From Octopus sinensis (taxonomy: Eukaryota): a stretch of DNA of 64,000 nucleotides. The notes below the pieces were generated by a model that saw nothing but the letters and a program-made list of their open reading frames with translations, ran no database searches and was not told the DNA's origin. Below are positions 1 to 14,023 of this stretch, one piece after another; within the stretch, counting starts at the first letter, position 1, and the number at the start of each line of letters is the position of its first letter. Location: positions 166,966,001 to 167,030,000 of the forward strand of contig NC_042998.1 of assembly GCF_006345805.1 (NCBI RefSeq), given 5' to 3'. The position numbers and the translations under genes were made by a program.

Positions 1-71
1 TCGACTTAATCCGTTTGTCTGTCCTTGTTTGTCCCCTCTATGTTTAGCCCCTTGTGGGTAGTAAAGAAATA
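1..71 (+). mobile_element. 3' tail of Meta-domain tRNA SINE, cut by window edge
   Basis: Matches the tail of the full copies at 23623-23858 and 39860-40090 (...TTAGCCCCTTGTGGGTAGTAAAGAAATA). Confidence 0.85.
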
Positions 72-479
72 AGGGATAAGTGTAACAGCATCAACGCGAA
101 GCAGTGATTGGAATTAAACAAACTTTACGTTAGATTAAATACGTTTGTGACATATTTTAACTTCTAAAGGCAAGTTCACTGCAGTTATCGAGGAGAAAAA
201 TTCTCTCTAATGGTAAAAGGAGCAAAAACATCATATCTGCCCAGAGTTTCTTCCGATCGGATTCCCAGATGCGACGCTTTTGGCGCTGATGCTGTTTTTA
301 TCCTAACCGGGCGATCTAATACCGTAACTCAATCACTATTGTTGATTGTATTTTAGATAAAGTTACGGTTTTGAATCTGTCCAGAGTTACCTTTCTTTGG
401 TGTTTCCCACTGAGGAAGGCTTGCTTACAATTCTGCCAGCACGCCGCTTTTACTCTAGCAGTAAGACCAACAGCAATAA

Positions 480-690
480 TGATAACGTATTGACTGGTAT
501 CTCGTTCTTGGTCAACCTCAAGATCTCCTACCAGTTGGTTCAGCTTAAGGAATCCTCTTATGTTCTCTTCCTGCAACATTCTAATCACATGTCCATAGCA
601 CCGGAGAGGTTCCCTGATTTCCGAGCTATGCACCTTGTCGAGCAACGTTACTCCAGAGATCCTTCGGAGGCACCTCATTTCGGCCGTTTT
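480..690 (-). mobile_element. RTE-clade LINE, 3' ORF remnant
   Basis: Minus translation MRCLRRISGVTLLDKVHSSEIRE..LRCYGHVIRM resembles the RTE post-RT motif (MRCLRRI...LRWxGHVxRM). Confidence 0.55.
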
Positions 691-1149
691 TATTCATAAT
701 AATAACTCTTTCAGTTATTAACCAATATTCGACGAGATGGTTAGATAATACTAGAGTCCCGATTGATCCCGCTTCGCAATCCTGCTAGAAAGTCTAATGA
801 CAGTTGCCTTTGATAGGACCTTATTGGGGATGTACCTGAGAATTCCACCTTCACGATCCTCCCAGGAATATTGAGTGGCGATGGATGGATGGATGGATGG
901 ATATTGACTGAGAAGTAGAAAATCTGAATTCTTTTAAATTTTGTTTTCATATCGCTTGCCTTCTGCAGCAATTGGGAAAAGAATGAACAACGAAATATCT
1001 CGTTTATTCTTTACTCTTACTCCAGTCAAAATCGCCCCTTTCCACTCTAATCTCAAACTTGCCAAGATTGATTACACTACGATCGAATCGAATAACTATA
1101 CTCATCTTTTCAAAAATATTAGTCCTTCGTGTTGCTCATGAGTAATATT

Positions 1150-1745
1150 GAACACAATATTTCCTTACATATGATATTTCATTAGAACATTTTCTGAGAG
1201 TCTACACTAAACCGCTTTTATTAGTATTTCATCCACATGATCAATTGTATGTAGTAAAGAATAAAAGCATATATGTTAACATTTAATAAAAAGTACATTA
1301 GTTCTAAGCTCTGCTCTAAACGCTGGTAATTGCTCTAGTATTTACGATGTTTAATACATCATCCACATAAGCGGGGTAATTTGTAAGTATATATGAACTC
1401 ACAGTACTCAGTAAAGTATATATAAATATACGAGTAGGTCATCTACTGAAATGTAAAACTCCCAATAAAATCCAATAATACAAATTCCGCCCTTATTATT
1501 GGAATCAACTAAAAGTTATTCTGTATGTATTCTTGTAAGCACATTGATTCCAGATATGCTTTCATAAGTTTAACTATATACTAACCCACTTCTTTTGATA
1601 TTTAGTATATCATGCCCTGTTTTGGACTCTTAAATTCTTGATGGGATTGTATAGGTGCAGTGGTAACATACGGCATATCTTGGGCACTTTTAGTCCTAGC
1701 AGAATCCATCTGTCTCCAGCCTATTTCTTCCCAAAATGGGATTAA
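1150..1745 (-). mobile_element. Heavily decayed non-LTR reverse transcriptase remnant
   Basis: Minus frame contains PAYVDDVL (YxDD-like) at about 1357-1372 amid many stops. Confidence 0.3.
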
Positions 1746-2111
1746 AGGTTAAGATGACCTCGGCTGGATTTGAACTCAGGGTTTAGAAAACCAGAATGAA
1801 TACCGCAAAGCAATATAATACACTCTCTACCGACTCTGCCAATCGGTACATCACGAGAGTTCACGGATATATCTATCTCTTGCTAATAAAACACCTGCTG
1901 CCTGACTCACATTTGCCAAGTGGAAGGCCATACATACTATAAAACTTTACATGGTTCTACTGTGATGAACGGCTTTATATTGCTTCGCATTTATTTAGTT
2001 TTTATGTTGCCGATTATTTTCACTCAACGCTGCTTCTCCACGACTGTGCATCAAAGTATGTAAACTTCTTAATAACTTAAAAGGTATGAAGTTTGTCGTA
2101 AACGACAATCA

Positions 2112-2660
2112 TCTATAATAATAAACGCGAAATTCTGTCTGTCCGTCCGGGACCCCTGTAGCTCAGTCTACATTTATTCTACATAGACATATTCTTTTCT
2201 ACTCTAGGCACAATGCCCGAAATGTTTGGGGGAGAGGGCCAGCCGATTAGATAGACCCCAGTACACAACTGGTACTTGATTTATCGACCCCGAAAGGATG
2301 AAAGGTAAAGTCGGCCTCGGCGTAATTTGAACTCGTCTACATAGACATATTATACCTTCTTGGAACCAGGATAATCCTGGGACTGAAAATCTGCCCTTCA
2401 TTTGGTTCTTGAACATCCAGCATTGGGATCAGGTCTGGATGAGGTTTTGCTATATGCTGACAGTTAAAAATTCAAATTTTAAAAGAACTCCAAAAATTTG
2501 TGAACTTACAAGTTTTTCCTTAAAACTGAATTTAAAGTAATACCATATTGGTAGGGAACCAATAAATGCTTTATTATTATTAATCCTTGGGTGGCAGGCC
2601 CAATTAGCCCCACGTAGGAGCTAGCTTAGAAGTTCGCACGGAGTGCGGCTTTTAAGCTAG
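2112..2660 (+). mobile_element. Non-autonomous Helitron
   Basis: Starts A|TCTATAATAATAAA. Ends with hairpin CGCAC-GGA-GTGCG about 10 bp before CTAG|T. No TSD. Confidence 0.75.
2194..2335 (-). mobile_element. 5'-truncated Meta-SINE inserted in the Helitron
   Basis: Meta-domain sequence flanked by the 16-bp TSD TCTACATAGACATATT (2178-2193 and 2336-2351). Confidence 0.85.
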
Positions 2661-2705
2661 TCTTTAATAACGTTGAGATTTATTTCATACACGTATTGAT
2701 TAGTA

Positions 2706-2855
2706 AGAAGGCGGTGAGGTGGCAGAACCGTTAATGCGTCGGACACAATGCTTAGCAACATTTCGTTCGATTTTACACCCTGAGTTCAAATTTTGCAGAG
2801 GTTGACTTCGCCTTTTATCTTTTCGAGATCGATTAAATAAGTACTACCCAAGTAC
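2706..2855 (+). mobile_element. Old Meta-SINE copy
   Basis: tRNA-like head GGCGGTGAGGTGGCAGAA and diverged Meta domain. Confidence 0.7.
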
Positions 2856-3249
2856 TGAAGTCAATATAAACGACAACCCCATTCCCTAAAATTTCAATCC
2901 TTTCCACATGTAAGGAAATACGTCTTTCACAGAACTTCAGGCGTCGTACTGACACAGTCGTTAAAGCGTCGGCTATCATCCCTTGCACTATTTGCTTTGA
3001 CAATCTGCGTGCTGAGTTCGAATACTGCTGAGGTCTGCTTTGCATTCCATCTTCACAGTTTCGTCAATCCACCAATGAATTTGACGGAGACTTAGGGACG
3101 TAGGGCTGGAACAAAGAATAAATACCTTAAAGTATTTGTTCCAGCTCTTTATAGCAAGCATACCCACTCAGGTAAGAAGTCCGCTTTGAAGGCATGTGGT
3201 TTCGGGTTCGGTCCCACTGCACAGCACCTTGGACAAGTGTCTTCTTGTC

Positions 3250-3960
3250 CATTGAGTTTAACGTCAAAATGAACAGAAGTACAGAGAGATTATCTCTCTG
3301 GAATATTCCATTTGAAATATTTATGGTATGGGAGATGATCATTCCACTCTCGTTTCTAAGTGTGAGGATTTTAGCCCAGGTCTTCGTGAGCCTCTCAATG
3401 GCAGCAATTAAGGTAGCAAGCACTTTTGCCAAATGGAGATATTTTAGCAACCTTCATTGAGGAAGAGTCAAATGCTTTCCTATAATCAAGCCATATTCTT
3501 GTAAGGCTCCCACGATATTTTTTTTTTTTTTTTACCTCAGACAGTACAGCTTAAATTTTCAGTAGTTGCTCGGCACATCCTCACTCTTCTTTCCACCGGC
3601 CTGTTCATCAGGCTTCACAATGATCACGGAGGAACTGGTTTAGGCAGCTTGTGTACAGTTTATACATAATATTTAAACAAGCAATGGACCTGTAGTTTTC
3701 AGGCAGCTCGGTGGTTTCACTCTCGACCAATTTGATAAGTCAATCTGACCTTTCATAGTACTTTTGAATACACTTATTAGTGGTTTCCTGTAAAATGTCA
3801 GCCTATTACGCCAGTGTCCAACTATTAGGCTCCTTCCAGGTGCCTTTCCATTATGCAGTTTGCCTACAACTATGGTCAAAATTTCCGGATCAGTTGCATA
3901 CGTTTTGCTATTGTTGTTGGTACAGCATTTAGCCACAATGCATTGAGGTTGAGATTCCTC
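3250..3960 (-). mobile_element. Dong/R4-clade LINE RT fragment (decayed)
   Basis: GKLHNGKAPG..GHW and ISNGIFQRDNLSVLLFILTLN correspond to the R4-type KAPG..FW and GIFQGDSLSPLLF motifs. Confidence 0.7.
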
Positions 3961-4056
3961 TTTCCGTTCGAGATTTTCAACCAGAATGATTCAAGATCTT
4001 CTTAAGAGGGGGCTTTCTTAACGATAATATTTTCGTTCCTCATCTTTCTGTATGTA

Positions 4057-4556
4057 CCGTAAATCCTCGAGTATAATCCGCATTTTTCCCCCAAAATTTA
4101 AAGGTCAAAATCCCTAGTGCGTATCATATACAAGGTTAAAAATGAAAATTATTTTCTAAGCAATGTCCGAGTCTCTATTTGCTGTCCGGCAATGTTTATT
4201 CAGACGCATTTTGTGATGTCGGGTGCGAAAATGTCTGAAAGCAATGAAGTCATAAAAGAATCATCCATAACTTGCAGTAAGCAACGTTTATTAAGAGTTT
4301 TAACTGTTATTTCTTTATTTTCTGCAAACAAAATGCACAAAAAAGCTACACGTTTGCATTATGTTATATATACAATAATAATAAAGTACGTTACCGTATA
4401 CATTTTTACAAACCAAGGACGTAATATAGACCTCCTTGACTCAAGTTAGAGAAGGGGTGCATATTATACACAAGGTTTAGGTTTTTCAAAGATACAGCCC
4501 CCTAAAAATCCCCTGCGTATTATACTCAAAGGCGGACTATACTCTAGGATTTACGG
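4057..4556. mobile_element. Tc1/mariner-superfamily (pogo/Tigger-like) MITE
   Basis: About 26-bp TIRs CCGTAAATCCTCGAGTATAATCCGC / GCGGACTATACTCTAGGATTTACGG, with TA on both flanks. Confidence 0.8.
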
Positions 4557-5056
4557 TATGTATGTATGTATGTATGTATGTATGTATGTATGTATGTATG
4601 TATGTATGTATGTACGATATATGCATGACTGCAACGGTGATTTTCGGCTCCAGCTCGCAAAAATTTGTAAAAGAAAACCGTTTCCGAATCTTCTGACCAG
4701 ATTTCAGCATTTTCAAAACTGAACCATTAACAGCAAATATTTATAAAACAAATATTTATAAAGCCATTAGAAAGCAAAAATGTACATGACATGTGTGTTA
4801 TCAATCACTATAAATAACATTCACAAGGTTTAGCATATTAAATATGCTGATAATATCACCACAGTCCTCTACTGCTACATCTAAGAAGTGTCACTCAGTA
4901 AAGACAGTCATTATTGAACAGAAGAATTAGTGCAAAGCTTCCTGAGAAGTACAGTCAACCGGAAATTTGATATTTATATTTACATATAAATTAAAGACTA
5001 AGATTTAAATACAAATGCTATAGGTCATTAGTGTTTACAATGTCTTACATCATTTA

Positions 5057-5097
5057 TGTGTATATATATATACATGTGTATGTGTGTGTGTGTGTGC

Positions 5098-5160
<63 letters not shown>

Positions 5161-5234
5161 AACAGAGAGAGTGAGAAAGATGATTGATACATATAAATAA
5201 GTAAGTACATATATAAATACACATACACACACAG

Positions 5235-5293
<59 letters not shown>

Positions 5294-5314
5294 CAGACAG
5301 ACAGACAGACAGAC

Positions 5315-5379
<65 letters not shown>

Positions 5380-5380
5380 C
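5057..5380. repeat. Compound microsatellite (TA, TG, GA, GACA, GATA)
   Basis: Directly visible. It is the source of several spurious ORFs. Confidence 0.95.
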
Positions 5381-6111
5381 AGTATATTCGGAAAAATGCA
5401 TATGTATACACGCGTATGTGTATGTGTGTGTGTCTGTATTTGTGTGTCTCTGTATATGCGCGGGCGCATTCACTTACAATTTAATTTTAGCTGCTACCAC
5501 ATAAACATTTACCACTCCATAGTAGACAGTAATTTCACACACAAATACATGCTAGCACACTCACATACACACATATACAAATACACACGCATACAAACAC
5601 GCACAGATAGATACACATACACACGTGTATTTCAGCATATATTTGTGCATGCATTATTGCATCTGTATATGGATTTGTAACTGCGTTTTGCTTGTGGATA
5701 TACATATAAACACATATATGTATGTGGTTTTACTTGTGAAAACATAGCAATTGCAATTTAAATCAGTCACAAACTAAAAAAAAACTCGTTCTTATCTGAA
5801 ATGACTTGGTCTCTTTGTATTCATTTTGTCTTTTCTAATACACACTGTGCAATAAAACAAACATAATATGCAAATCAGTCTAGCCATTTCACGCTTAAAT
5901 AGGAGTTCTATAAATCTTTCTTTGTTGGCAGAAGAGTGAAGAGCATCTATTCTTTAGATAGTAGTCAACCAGCCATAAAGCATGTGACTGCGTGTAAAGA
6001 AATTAAGAACTTTGCTTCCCAACTCCATGGTTCCGAGGGTCTTCATTATAGCATTAGCCCCAACCAAAACTTTGAGAATGAATTTGGAAGACGAAAATCG
6101 AAAGTAGCCTG

Positions 6112-6143
<32 letters not shown>

Positions 6144-6223
6144 CATACATACATACATACACACGCACACACGTATGCACACACACATATGTTTATGCAT
6201 GTGTGTGTGGCTAACTATGCCGC

Positions 6224-6269
<46 letters not shown>

Positions 6270-6681
6270 GTAATAATAATGATGATAATAATAATAATAA
6301 TAATAATATAATAATAATAATAACGTAAATAAAATGGCAACTGTTTCGGTGCGTGACTTTATAGAAAATGGTTAGCATTCAGTGTGGCTGGACTGAGAAA
6401 GACGTCCAACCTTGGTTGTGAATGCCTCGATATTATGTGTTAAATGAAGACTGAAATGTTACACCCGCCAAGCATTATACTTAATTCGTAAAGAGAACCA
6501 GAATCCGAAGCTAAGGACAACTGAAAGACGAGCATTTCCAGACAGAACCTAATTTTTATTCCCGTCTGTTAAGTAAACTAAGGCAATATAGAATAAGTAT
6601 TTAATAATCATTTCTTTCTAGAAATACAAAGAAGGCCAACTGCAGGTTTGGACTCATAACTCATTGTTCATTGGTCATAAT

Positions 6682-6946
6682 CCAAGAATGGGCAACTTTT
6701 TCTCAACTGGGTGCCGCATCGTTCTATTTCCAAGTGGGAGAGGGCCGCATGATAAAACACATATGCATGAAATATTACTTTACCCATTTACACTGAATTT
6801 TTGCAGTTCTTCTTAATTTTATTTGCCTTACTATGAAATTTTATTTGTCTTAGTATGAAATTTGTAACCTAGAAAGTCGTCAAGGACCGCAAAGCAACAT
6901 GTCGAGGGCCGTATACGGCTCGCAGACCGCAGATTGCTTATGCATG
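6682..6946. mobile_element. hAT-like MITE, degenerate
   Basis: Ends resemble CAGGCATGGGCAAC / GTTGCCCATGCCTG; internal GGGCCGCA repeats. Confidence 0.4.
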
Positions 6947-6985
6947 CTCTAACCTTTACTCGGTCATGAAGTTCTTATATAATAA

Positions 6986-7398
6986 TCTCTATATCTATAA
7001 ACGGCAAAATGTCCGTGTATCTGTGTGTCTGTGTGTCCTTTATACAAATCCACAGTTTTTCAGTTTTTCACGTAAAAGGCTCGCATTTTCTATGGGCTTT
7101 CAAAACTGTCTGAGGGTAGGCGTGAAGATCTTTTCATTTCCCCAGTCACCCCAGAAAGCCATTAAAAAAATCGATAAACCGACCCCTTATGCCTAACAGT
7201 TGAATGCGCATTTTTGTGTTTTGCGAAGACGCGTTATCATGTGTTTTGGCTTTCAAACGTGTACGCTTTTTTGATTTGAGAAATGCAGGGAATAATTAAC
7301 GAGTTAGACCAAGTGAATGACAAGAGAGCGGGATTTTCATGAAAGACCAAATATGCTTGACTAGCACTAGATCCGGCAACGCCGGGTCATAGCGCTTG
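6986..7398 (+). mobile_element. Non-autonomous Helitron, degenerate 3' end
   Basis: Starts A|TCTCTATATCTATAAA; hairpin CCGGC-AAC-GCCGG (7373-7385), then CTTG|T (CTAG variant). Confidence 0.6.
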
Positions 7399-7949
7399 TA
7401 ATCTGTTACAATACATCGTACTTATCTCTATATTTATGGTAATTCCTTTAAATACTGGTTGATTTGCAGTGTATGTAAAAAGTCGGAGAAAACGCTAAAT
7501 ATTTGCTTTCGTTTATGTTTTGATTTCCAATTCAACCCTTATTCACTTTGCTTTTCCTCTTTCCAGGGTCGAAAAAATAAGTACCATTCAAGAACTATAC
7601 CAACCCACAGAATGAGAGACCTTGTGCTTACCTTAGATATCAACGCAACTGCCAGGCATAAAGTTGTTACATAACAACTAAAAGGTTGCTGTACAATAAA
7701 ATTCGTATTTATTCAATACTTTGAACAATTCATGGACAAACTGCTGCCCGTGGAACTTTCTGAATGGCACGCCAACGGAAAATTACTATTTTTGCTTTAG
7801 TAAGGCTGTTCGCCTCATGATGAGTTATGTCACAGGCAGCCCAATTCTCGAAAAAAATTATTTTAGTCAACCTCGGAAGCACGAGAAGAAAATTTAACTT
7901 CAAGAAGTTTTGCTCGCCCCCCCCCCTATCGTGCTGACGTAACTAATTA

Positions 7950-8080
7950 TTTTCTACTCTAGGCACAAAGTCCGACATTTTGTGGGAGGGCGGCCAGTCG
8001 ATCAGATCGACCCCAGAACGCAACTGGTACTTAATTTATGGACCCCGAAAGGATAAAAGGCAAAGTCAACCTCGGCAGAA
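7950..8080 (-). mobile_element. Meta-SINE fragment
   Basis: Reverse complement of the Meta domain and tail. Confidence 0.7.
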
Positions 8081-8797
8081 GGGGACGTAACTAATTATCA
8101 CAAAGCATTTGACACGGAGCTGTACTGATCCGGGTTACAATACTGATTTTATTCTATAATTTATAAATGTTCAGACTACGTTGTTTAGTCATATTAGGGG
8201 TGGCATTATTTGTTGTTGTTGTAGTAGTAGTAGTAGTAGTAGTAGTAGTTGTTGATGCTGTTGTTTTGACAACAGTTACCGGAGGAAGTTGTAGCAATGC
8301 TGCTTTCAGAAACAGCTGTAAAGTAGTCATCTATAATTTCAAAATCATGTGGTTTCCCTTCTGAAGTTTGACAGTAATTTCAGCCAATCAAATCAATCAC
8401 TGATAAGTAAATACTATTATCTACTATTTACGTCTAGTTTATTTTAATTATACGTGGTATGCTCCCGGTAATTAACTGTTATAGGAGAGAAATCTCTTCT
8501 AATTAAAGTTAAGCTGAGTAACTTACATGAAAGATTAAAGAATGTAAACAGAGCATACACATTTATTTAGTTTTTATGCACAGTATAAAGCTCTTAAAAT
8601 TTCCAGTCGTTGACAGTCACGTATAATGCTATTTCATTCTTCTTTTGAATCATCAGCTTGACATAACTTGAGACAAATAATTAAGCTAAATTCAACATTC
8701 AACGAAACTAGACATTCCTTTTAAAAAGAAAATAGTTTCTGATTTAAAAGGCATAATTGATTTTTTTTCCCTCTGAGATCGTTAATTGTTCAGTAAT

Positions 8798-8835
<38 letters not shown>

Positions 8836-9512
8836 GAGAGAGAGAGAGAGCGATAGAGATAGACAGATATATAGATAGGTAGGTAGAGAGAGAAAGAGAG
8901 AGAGAGAGAGGAATTTCTTACATGCAGCTTAATATTTCTAGGACAAGCCTGCCTTGCATAAATGCTCTTTATGTAGCTACAGTCAACGTTGTCTTTACCA
9001 ACAAGATTCACAAGCCCATATTAGTATAATCTTTCCTGATATTATAGTTTCTATCAACTTACCACTCCTCTCTTCTGTTAATTATTGAATTTCTCGTATT
9101 TGTTAGTAATCGGTCGCAAAATTTCTTTACAGAGACATAAAATCTCAGACCGTACGGGAAAGGATCAGTGAATGATATCGATCTTAGCACGTGCTTGGTA
9201 CTTTATTTTATCGACCAGGAAGGATGAGAGCATAGTTGATCCCGAACGTAAAAAGTCTGGACTAAAAACCGGACAAACAGCTTCACCACCTGTCACTTGA
9301 ATTGATCCATTACATGAATGGGCATTTATCTATTCATACATCCATCCATCTATCCATACACCTACTTTTTCAGTTAATTTATTCATTTTACTTATATATT
9401 TTACATTTATAAATTTCTATTGTTAACCGGGAAGATGCTATCAGAATTACTAGAATGCCGGATAAAATGTCTGGTTGTATTTTGTTATGAAAGTGCATGA
9501 CCTGGTGGTTAG

Positions 9513-9775
9513 GGTGTTGCACTCGATCAATAGCACGTGAAGATTTCGATTCCTAGAACGGGCGGTGCATTGTGTTCTTGAGTAAAACACTTCATTTCAC
9601 GTCGCTCTGCGATCATTTCAACATCTGAGGTGTGTCACACTTGTGCAGCTGTACAGGTAATATCGATTTGATGGGGGAAATGGACTTATGTGAACATCAA
9701 ACATCTGATCGTTATAAGCAAATCATCTGTGTTCGGTAAGAAATGGTAGAGCCCACACCCGTCGTCTGACGGTGG
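9513..9775 (+). mobile_element. tRNA-derived SINE (V-SINE-related head)
   Basis: A/B-box head TGGTGGTTAGGGTGTTG..TTCGATTCC followed by TTGTGTTCTTGAGTAAAACAC, shared with the 57225 and 27935 copies. Confidence 0.6.
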
Positions 9776-9822
9776 GAGAGCTCATAGTTTTTTTCATATT
9801 ATATTTTATTTTTACAGTATGA

Positions 9823-10234
9823 AGGTGGCGAGCTGGCAGAATCGTTAGCACGCCGGGCGAAATGCTTAGCGGTATTTCGTCTGCGTTACGTTGTGAGTTC
9901 AAATTCCGCCGAGGTCGACTTTGCCTTTCATCCTTTCGGGGTCGATAAATTAAGTACCAGTTACGAACTGGGGTCGATGTAATCGACTTAATACATATGT
10001 CTGTCCTTGTTTATTCCCTCTGTGTTTAGCCCCTTGTGGGTAATAAAGAAATAGGTATTTCGGCTGCCGTTACGTTCTGAGTTCAAATTCCGCCGAGGTC
10101 GACTTTGCCTTTCATTCTTTCGGGGTCGATAAATTAAGTACCAGTTACGCACTGGGGTCGATGTAATTGACTTAAGCCCTTTGTTTGTCCTTGTTTGTCC
10201 CCTCTGTGTTTAGCCCCCTGGGCAATAAAGAAAT
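9823..10234 (+). mobile_element. Meta-SINE head-to-tail dimer
   Basis: Full copy followed by a second body starting at GGTATTTCG (10053). Confidence 0.9.
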
Positions 10235-11394
10235 ATATTTTTTATTTTTACAATATGAGGTCACATTACCCCGGATCAACATTATCGCATTCTCCTGCAG
10301 TCGATAAGTCCCAGTTTAAAACTAAAGTAACATTGTCAGAAATTTGAGTCGCTGTGCCCTTGCCAAAGTAAAAATGTAAAAATATTGCGTTATTGTTTTA
10401 AAATTTTGCAACAGAGAGCGAGAGAGATTAGATTAGATCGACTCTGTACTTGACTGATACTTTATTTATCGAGCCCAGAAGGACGAAAAGCAAAGTTGTC
10501 CTCCGCATGTGTTGAACTTAGGATGCAGAGAACTGAAACCAATGTTGTATGGAATTCTATCAGACGCTTTAACGACTGTTCTTATTCGATGACATTTTAG
10601 TTAATTACCATATATGAAATATTATATAACGAGGCGTGCTAAGATCGCTATGGTGTGAATCGACTGTGTTTATTTGGAGAGAGAGCAATACACATATCTT
10701 ATTTAGAGACGGCTTGACTTTAACTCTCACCAACCAGACAAAAACAGGCGGGCTCCGAGTGATGACGTCAAGTCTGCTTTCTTGGAATAAACATAGTTAC
10801 TGTTCGAAATGCTAACGCGTATACGATGAAAAGAATACTCCCTATGTTTTGTAATATATTTCACATAAGGGAGAGATAAGAACTTCGTTGATTATTAAAA
10901 TTTAGTCCAAAAATGATGACGATAGTAGTTTCGCCGCGAAAGACGGTCTGAAATTTTTGCTTAACAACTTGCACAAATGATTTGTTTATAGTGATCAAAT
11001 GCATGCGCTACACATTAATTAGCTCGCTCCCGCCAACAAATCGACGTTGCCTGAACAGATGCACAGTATACCATACATAAGGTGTCGAAGTGGTTGCAGA
11101 GCAGCATGAAAGGAAATGTTTTGCTCCAGAACACAACTCACTATCCAGTCGTCCAGGAACTAAAATCACAATCTCGCGATCGTATGTGCAACACCCTAAC
11201 CATTAGGCCATACGTCCTCGACTGTCCACAAGTAAAAACCTTATATGAGAGTAGCTAATAATAATGAATATTTAATATTATCTTTATATTTAGAAAGCAT
11301 TTATTATACAATTTTTGGTATGGTGTAGAGATAGCTCATAACTAACTGCTATTGTAGACGAGATAAAAATAAATATATGTTTTTCTTCTTTTCT

Positions 11395-11588
11395 CTGTTT
11401 CAGTAATTTGACTGCGGCCATACTGGAACACAACCTTTAGTCGAACAAATCGGCCCCAGGATCTATTCTTTGTAAACCTAGTACTTATTCTGTCGGTCTC
11501 TTTTTCCGAACCGCTAAGTTACGGGGACATAAACACACCAACATCGGTAGTAAAGTGATAGTAGGGAGGGGTGGAACAAACACCCCCC

Positions 11589-11623
<35 letters not shown>

Positions 11624-11745
11624 CGGCGGGCTTCTTTCAGTTTCTGTCTACCAAATTCACTCACAAGGCTTTGGTCGGCCCGAGGCTATAGCAGAAGACA
11701 CTTGCCCAAGATGCCACGCAGTGGGACTGAACCCGGAAACATGTG
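11395..11745 (-). mobile_element. CORE-like tRNA SINE with internal microsatellite
   Basis: Matches the intact copy at 49416-49811; internal (CA)/(TA) tract. Confidence 0.85.
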
Positions 11746-12010
11746 TTATAGATGACCCTGGGATTGCACCTAGAAAGTTACCCTCCGATGTACAAGTCCG
11801 GATAAGGTTGTTTATCGAAGACCAGCAGTCGCCCATGCATTACAGCCTCCCGTCTCCACACCACCGATGTTATCCAAGGGAAAGGCAAGACGTCGCAACT
11901 CATTTCTACAGCCGAGTGAACTAGAGCAACGTGAAATAAAGTGCCTTACTCAAGAACACAACACAGAGCCCAGTCCATGGTTGTGAAGCCGACACTCAAA
12001 CCACTGAGTA

Positions 12011-12089
<79 letters not shown>

Positions 12090-12661
12090 TACTGAGTGAC
12101 TGTGAACTAGGAACTACAGAAACAAAGATCATACGTGTGGAATGCTTAATATGACGTTATTTGCTCAGATACATAAATACTAAGGTTGACAAACCAACGA
12201 CGGCCACAAGAGACGTAGTTTATTATCAAGCAGATGCACTACTAAAAGAAATTCAAGACAATTTTTGGTTAGGTCTTATTGTTCAGAAAGTTCCTTGGAC
12301 CGCAGTTTGTCTATAACTTGTTTAGACTCCGGTTAATCCTGACTGAGCAGGTATTTCATAAGAGATGTTTCAGTAATGACTAGAAGCTTATTCATAAATA
12401 ACGTGAATTTGAAACTACACTAATATGCCCACTCCGTTTTCAACGCAGTAAAATGGAAGTAGAAGGTCATTTGACTTCTATTTCTCTCGCATCGCATGAC
12501 CACGTAAAGGATCCCTCGTAATACCAGATGCAAGGTTTTTTTGTCTTCATGTCTCATTTTACAAAATAGATCTTAGCGGGAATTTAGGGGTAAACCGCTG
12601 GACATACCATAACTCGTTCCAGTGTTGGTTTATATAATTTTTGATATGCGTAAAACTTGTT

Positions 12662-12860
12662 ATACGAGGGCTACTGAAAAGTTCGTTCTTGGCTTTCGGT
12701 AAAAGAAAATACAGCAGAATCAGTTAATTGTGATTTTATTCAACGTATTCTCCTCTCATATTCACACGCTCATTGCAGCGGTCCTTCAATTTTTCTAAGC
12801 CCTATAAAAAAAAAATCGAAAATTTGAGCCTCCTCCAACGAGACCTTTTGTGACACTCTT
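12662..12860. mobile_element. Mariner terminal fragment
   Basis: TA-CGAGGGCTACTGAAAAGTTC mariner-type TIR followed by the antisense transposase C-terminus. Confidence 0.55.
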
Positions 12861-13136
12861 AAAACTAGGTAGTTTCATTACCCCTTGTATTTTCTATGCA
12901 GTTGCAGTTAATCATTTTCTCTTGATTTCTTTCCGTATGTTTGTAAATGTGCATAATCATCCCAACATCGATTGCATCGAAAGCAGTTACTAAGCCACCC
13001 TTTTTTATTATTTTTTTCTGGTATATGGTGAAATAAATTAATATTTCGCAAGCCATGGGTGGCCACGAGTTTTTCGTAGATGTGTGTACGCGTGCTTGTG
13101 TCTGAGAGTTTGTGCGTGTGTGCGCACGCGTGTATG

Positions 13137-13190
<54 letters not shown>

Positions 13191-14023
13191 TACATACATA
13201 GATGCATACATACATACATGTTTACATACAGGTATGGATAAATAACAGGCACAGAGTTAATAAATAAAACACAAAGAACTATTTCAATACATTAGAGAAG
13301 GAACGATAAAAAAATGAAAGATAAGAGAATACAAAGGATAAAGAAATAAGAATAAATGATTTAAAAAAAAAAGCAAACAGAAGATATATTGATAGAAAAG
13401 ACACAGAATATTAAAAAAATATATGCAATGGGATACCAAAAATAAAGAGAAAATAACAGGAAGAAAGTGGGAGGAGGTGAATGCAAGTAAGACACAGCAA
13501 GGAATTAAGAAAAAGAATTTAATGGCGTATGTAATGACGAATGTAATGTTGAAAACTCCTTTTGATGTATGTACGTATATGACTGTCAGCGCGAAAAATG
13601 ACAAAATGGGAGTAAAACAGTAGATTGATTGTATAAGGGAAGTTATTGTAATTGAAAGGCAACTTGTGAGAATTCTATATGTAATTAATAACCTGAACAA
13701 ATTTTACAATTTTCATTTATATAGGCGTCTATCTATATCGACACACCTACTGTAACCATAAACAAAATAGCATAAATATTACTAAAACACTACACATCTA
13801 TCACATACTTATTGTGTTATGCTATAGGTAGATATTCTTTATCTTCTTTGTTACGGTTGTTCTTGTTTTATCGCTTCCGTTTCATTTGCTTTCATATGTT
13901 TCTTTGATTTTAATCTGTTTTCACATGAAGGTTCTAAAATAAAGTAGTAAAATTGCCATATAAATTCTGGTTATGTAGGTGTGCATATATAAACATGTAC
14001 ATACGTACGTCTCTCAATATATA

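Noticed and set aside
3570-3612. CTGATGA...GAAA on the minus strand
   Set aside because: No stem II closure; lies within Dong RT coding sequence.
5028-5680. Long ORFs rich in IY, SL, TH and VC dipeptides (also at 11.5, 17.5, 32.6, 44.5, 52.1, 56.4 and 61.8 kb)
   Set aside because: They are translations of stop-free microsatellites.
8620-8665. CTGATGA-TTC-AAAA-GAA-GAATGAAA on the minus strand
   Set aside because: The register does not give stem II adjacent to GAAA, and there is no stem I.
10763-10770. Palindromic CRE site TGACGTCA
   Set aside because: A single 8-mer is expected by chance at about this frequency; no promoter context.
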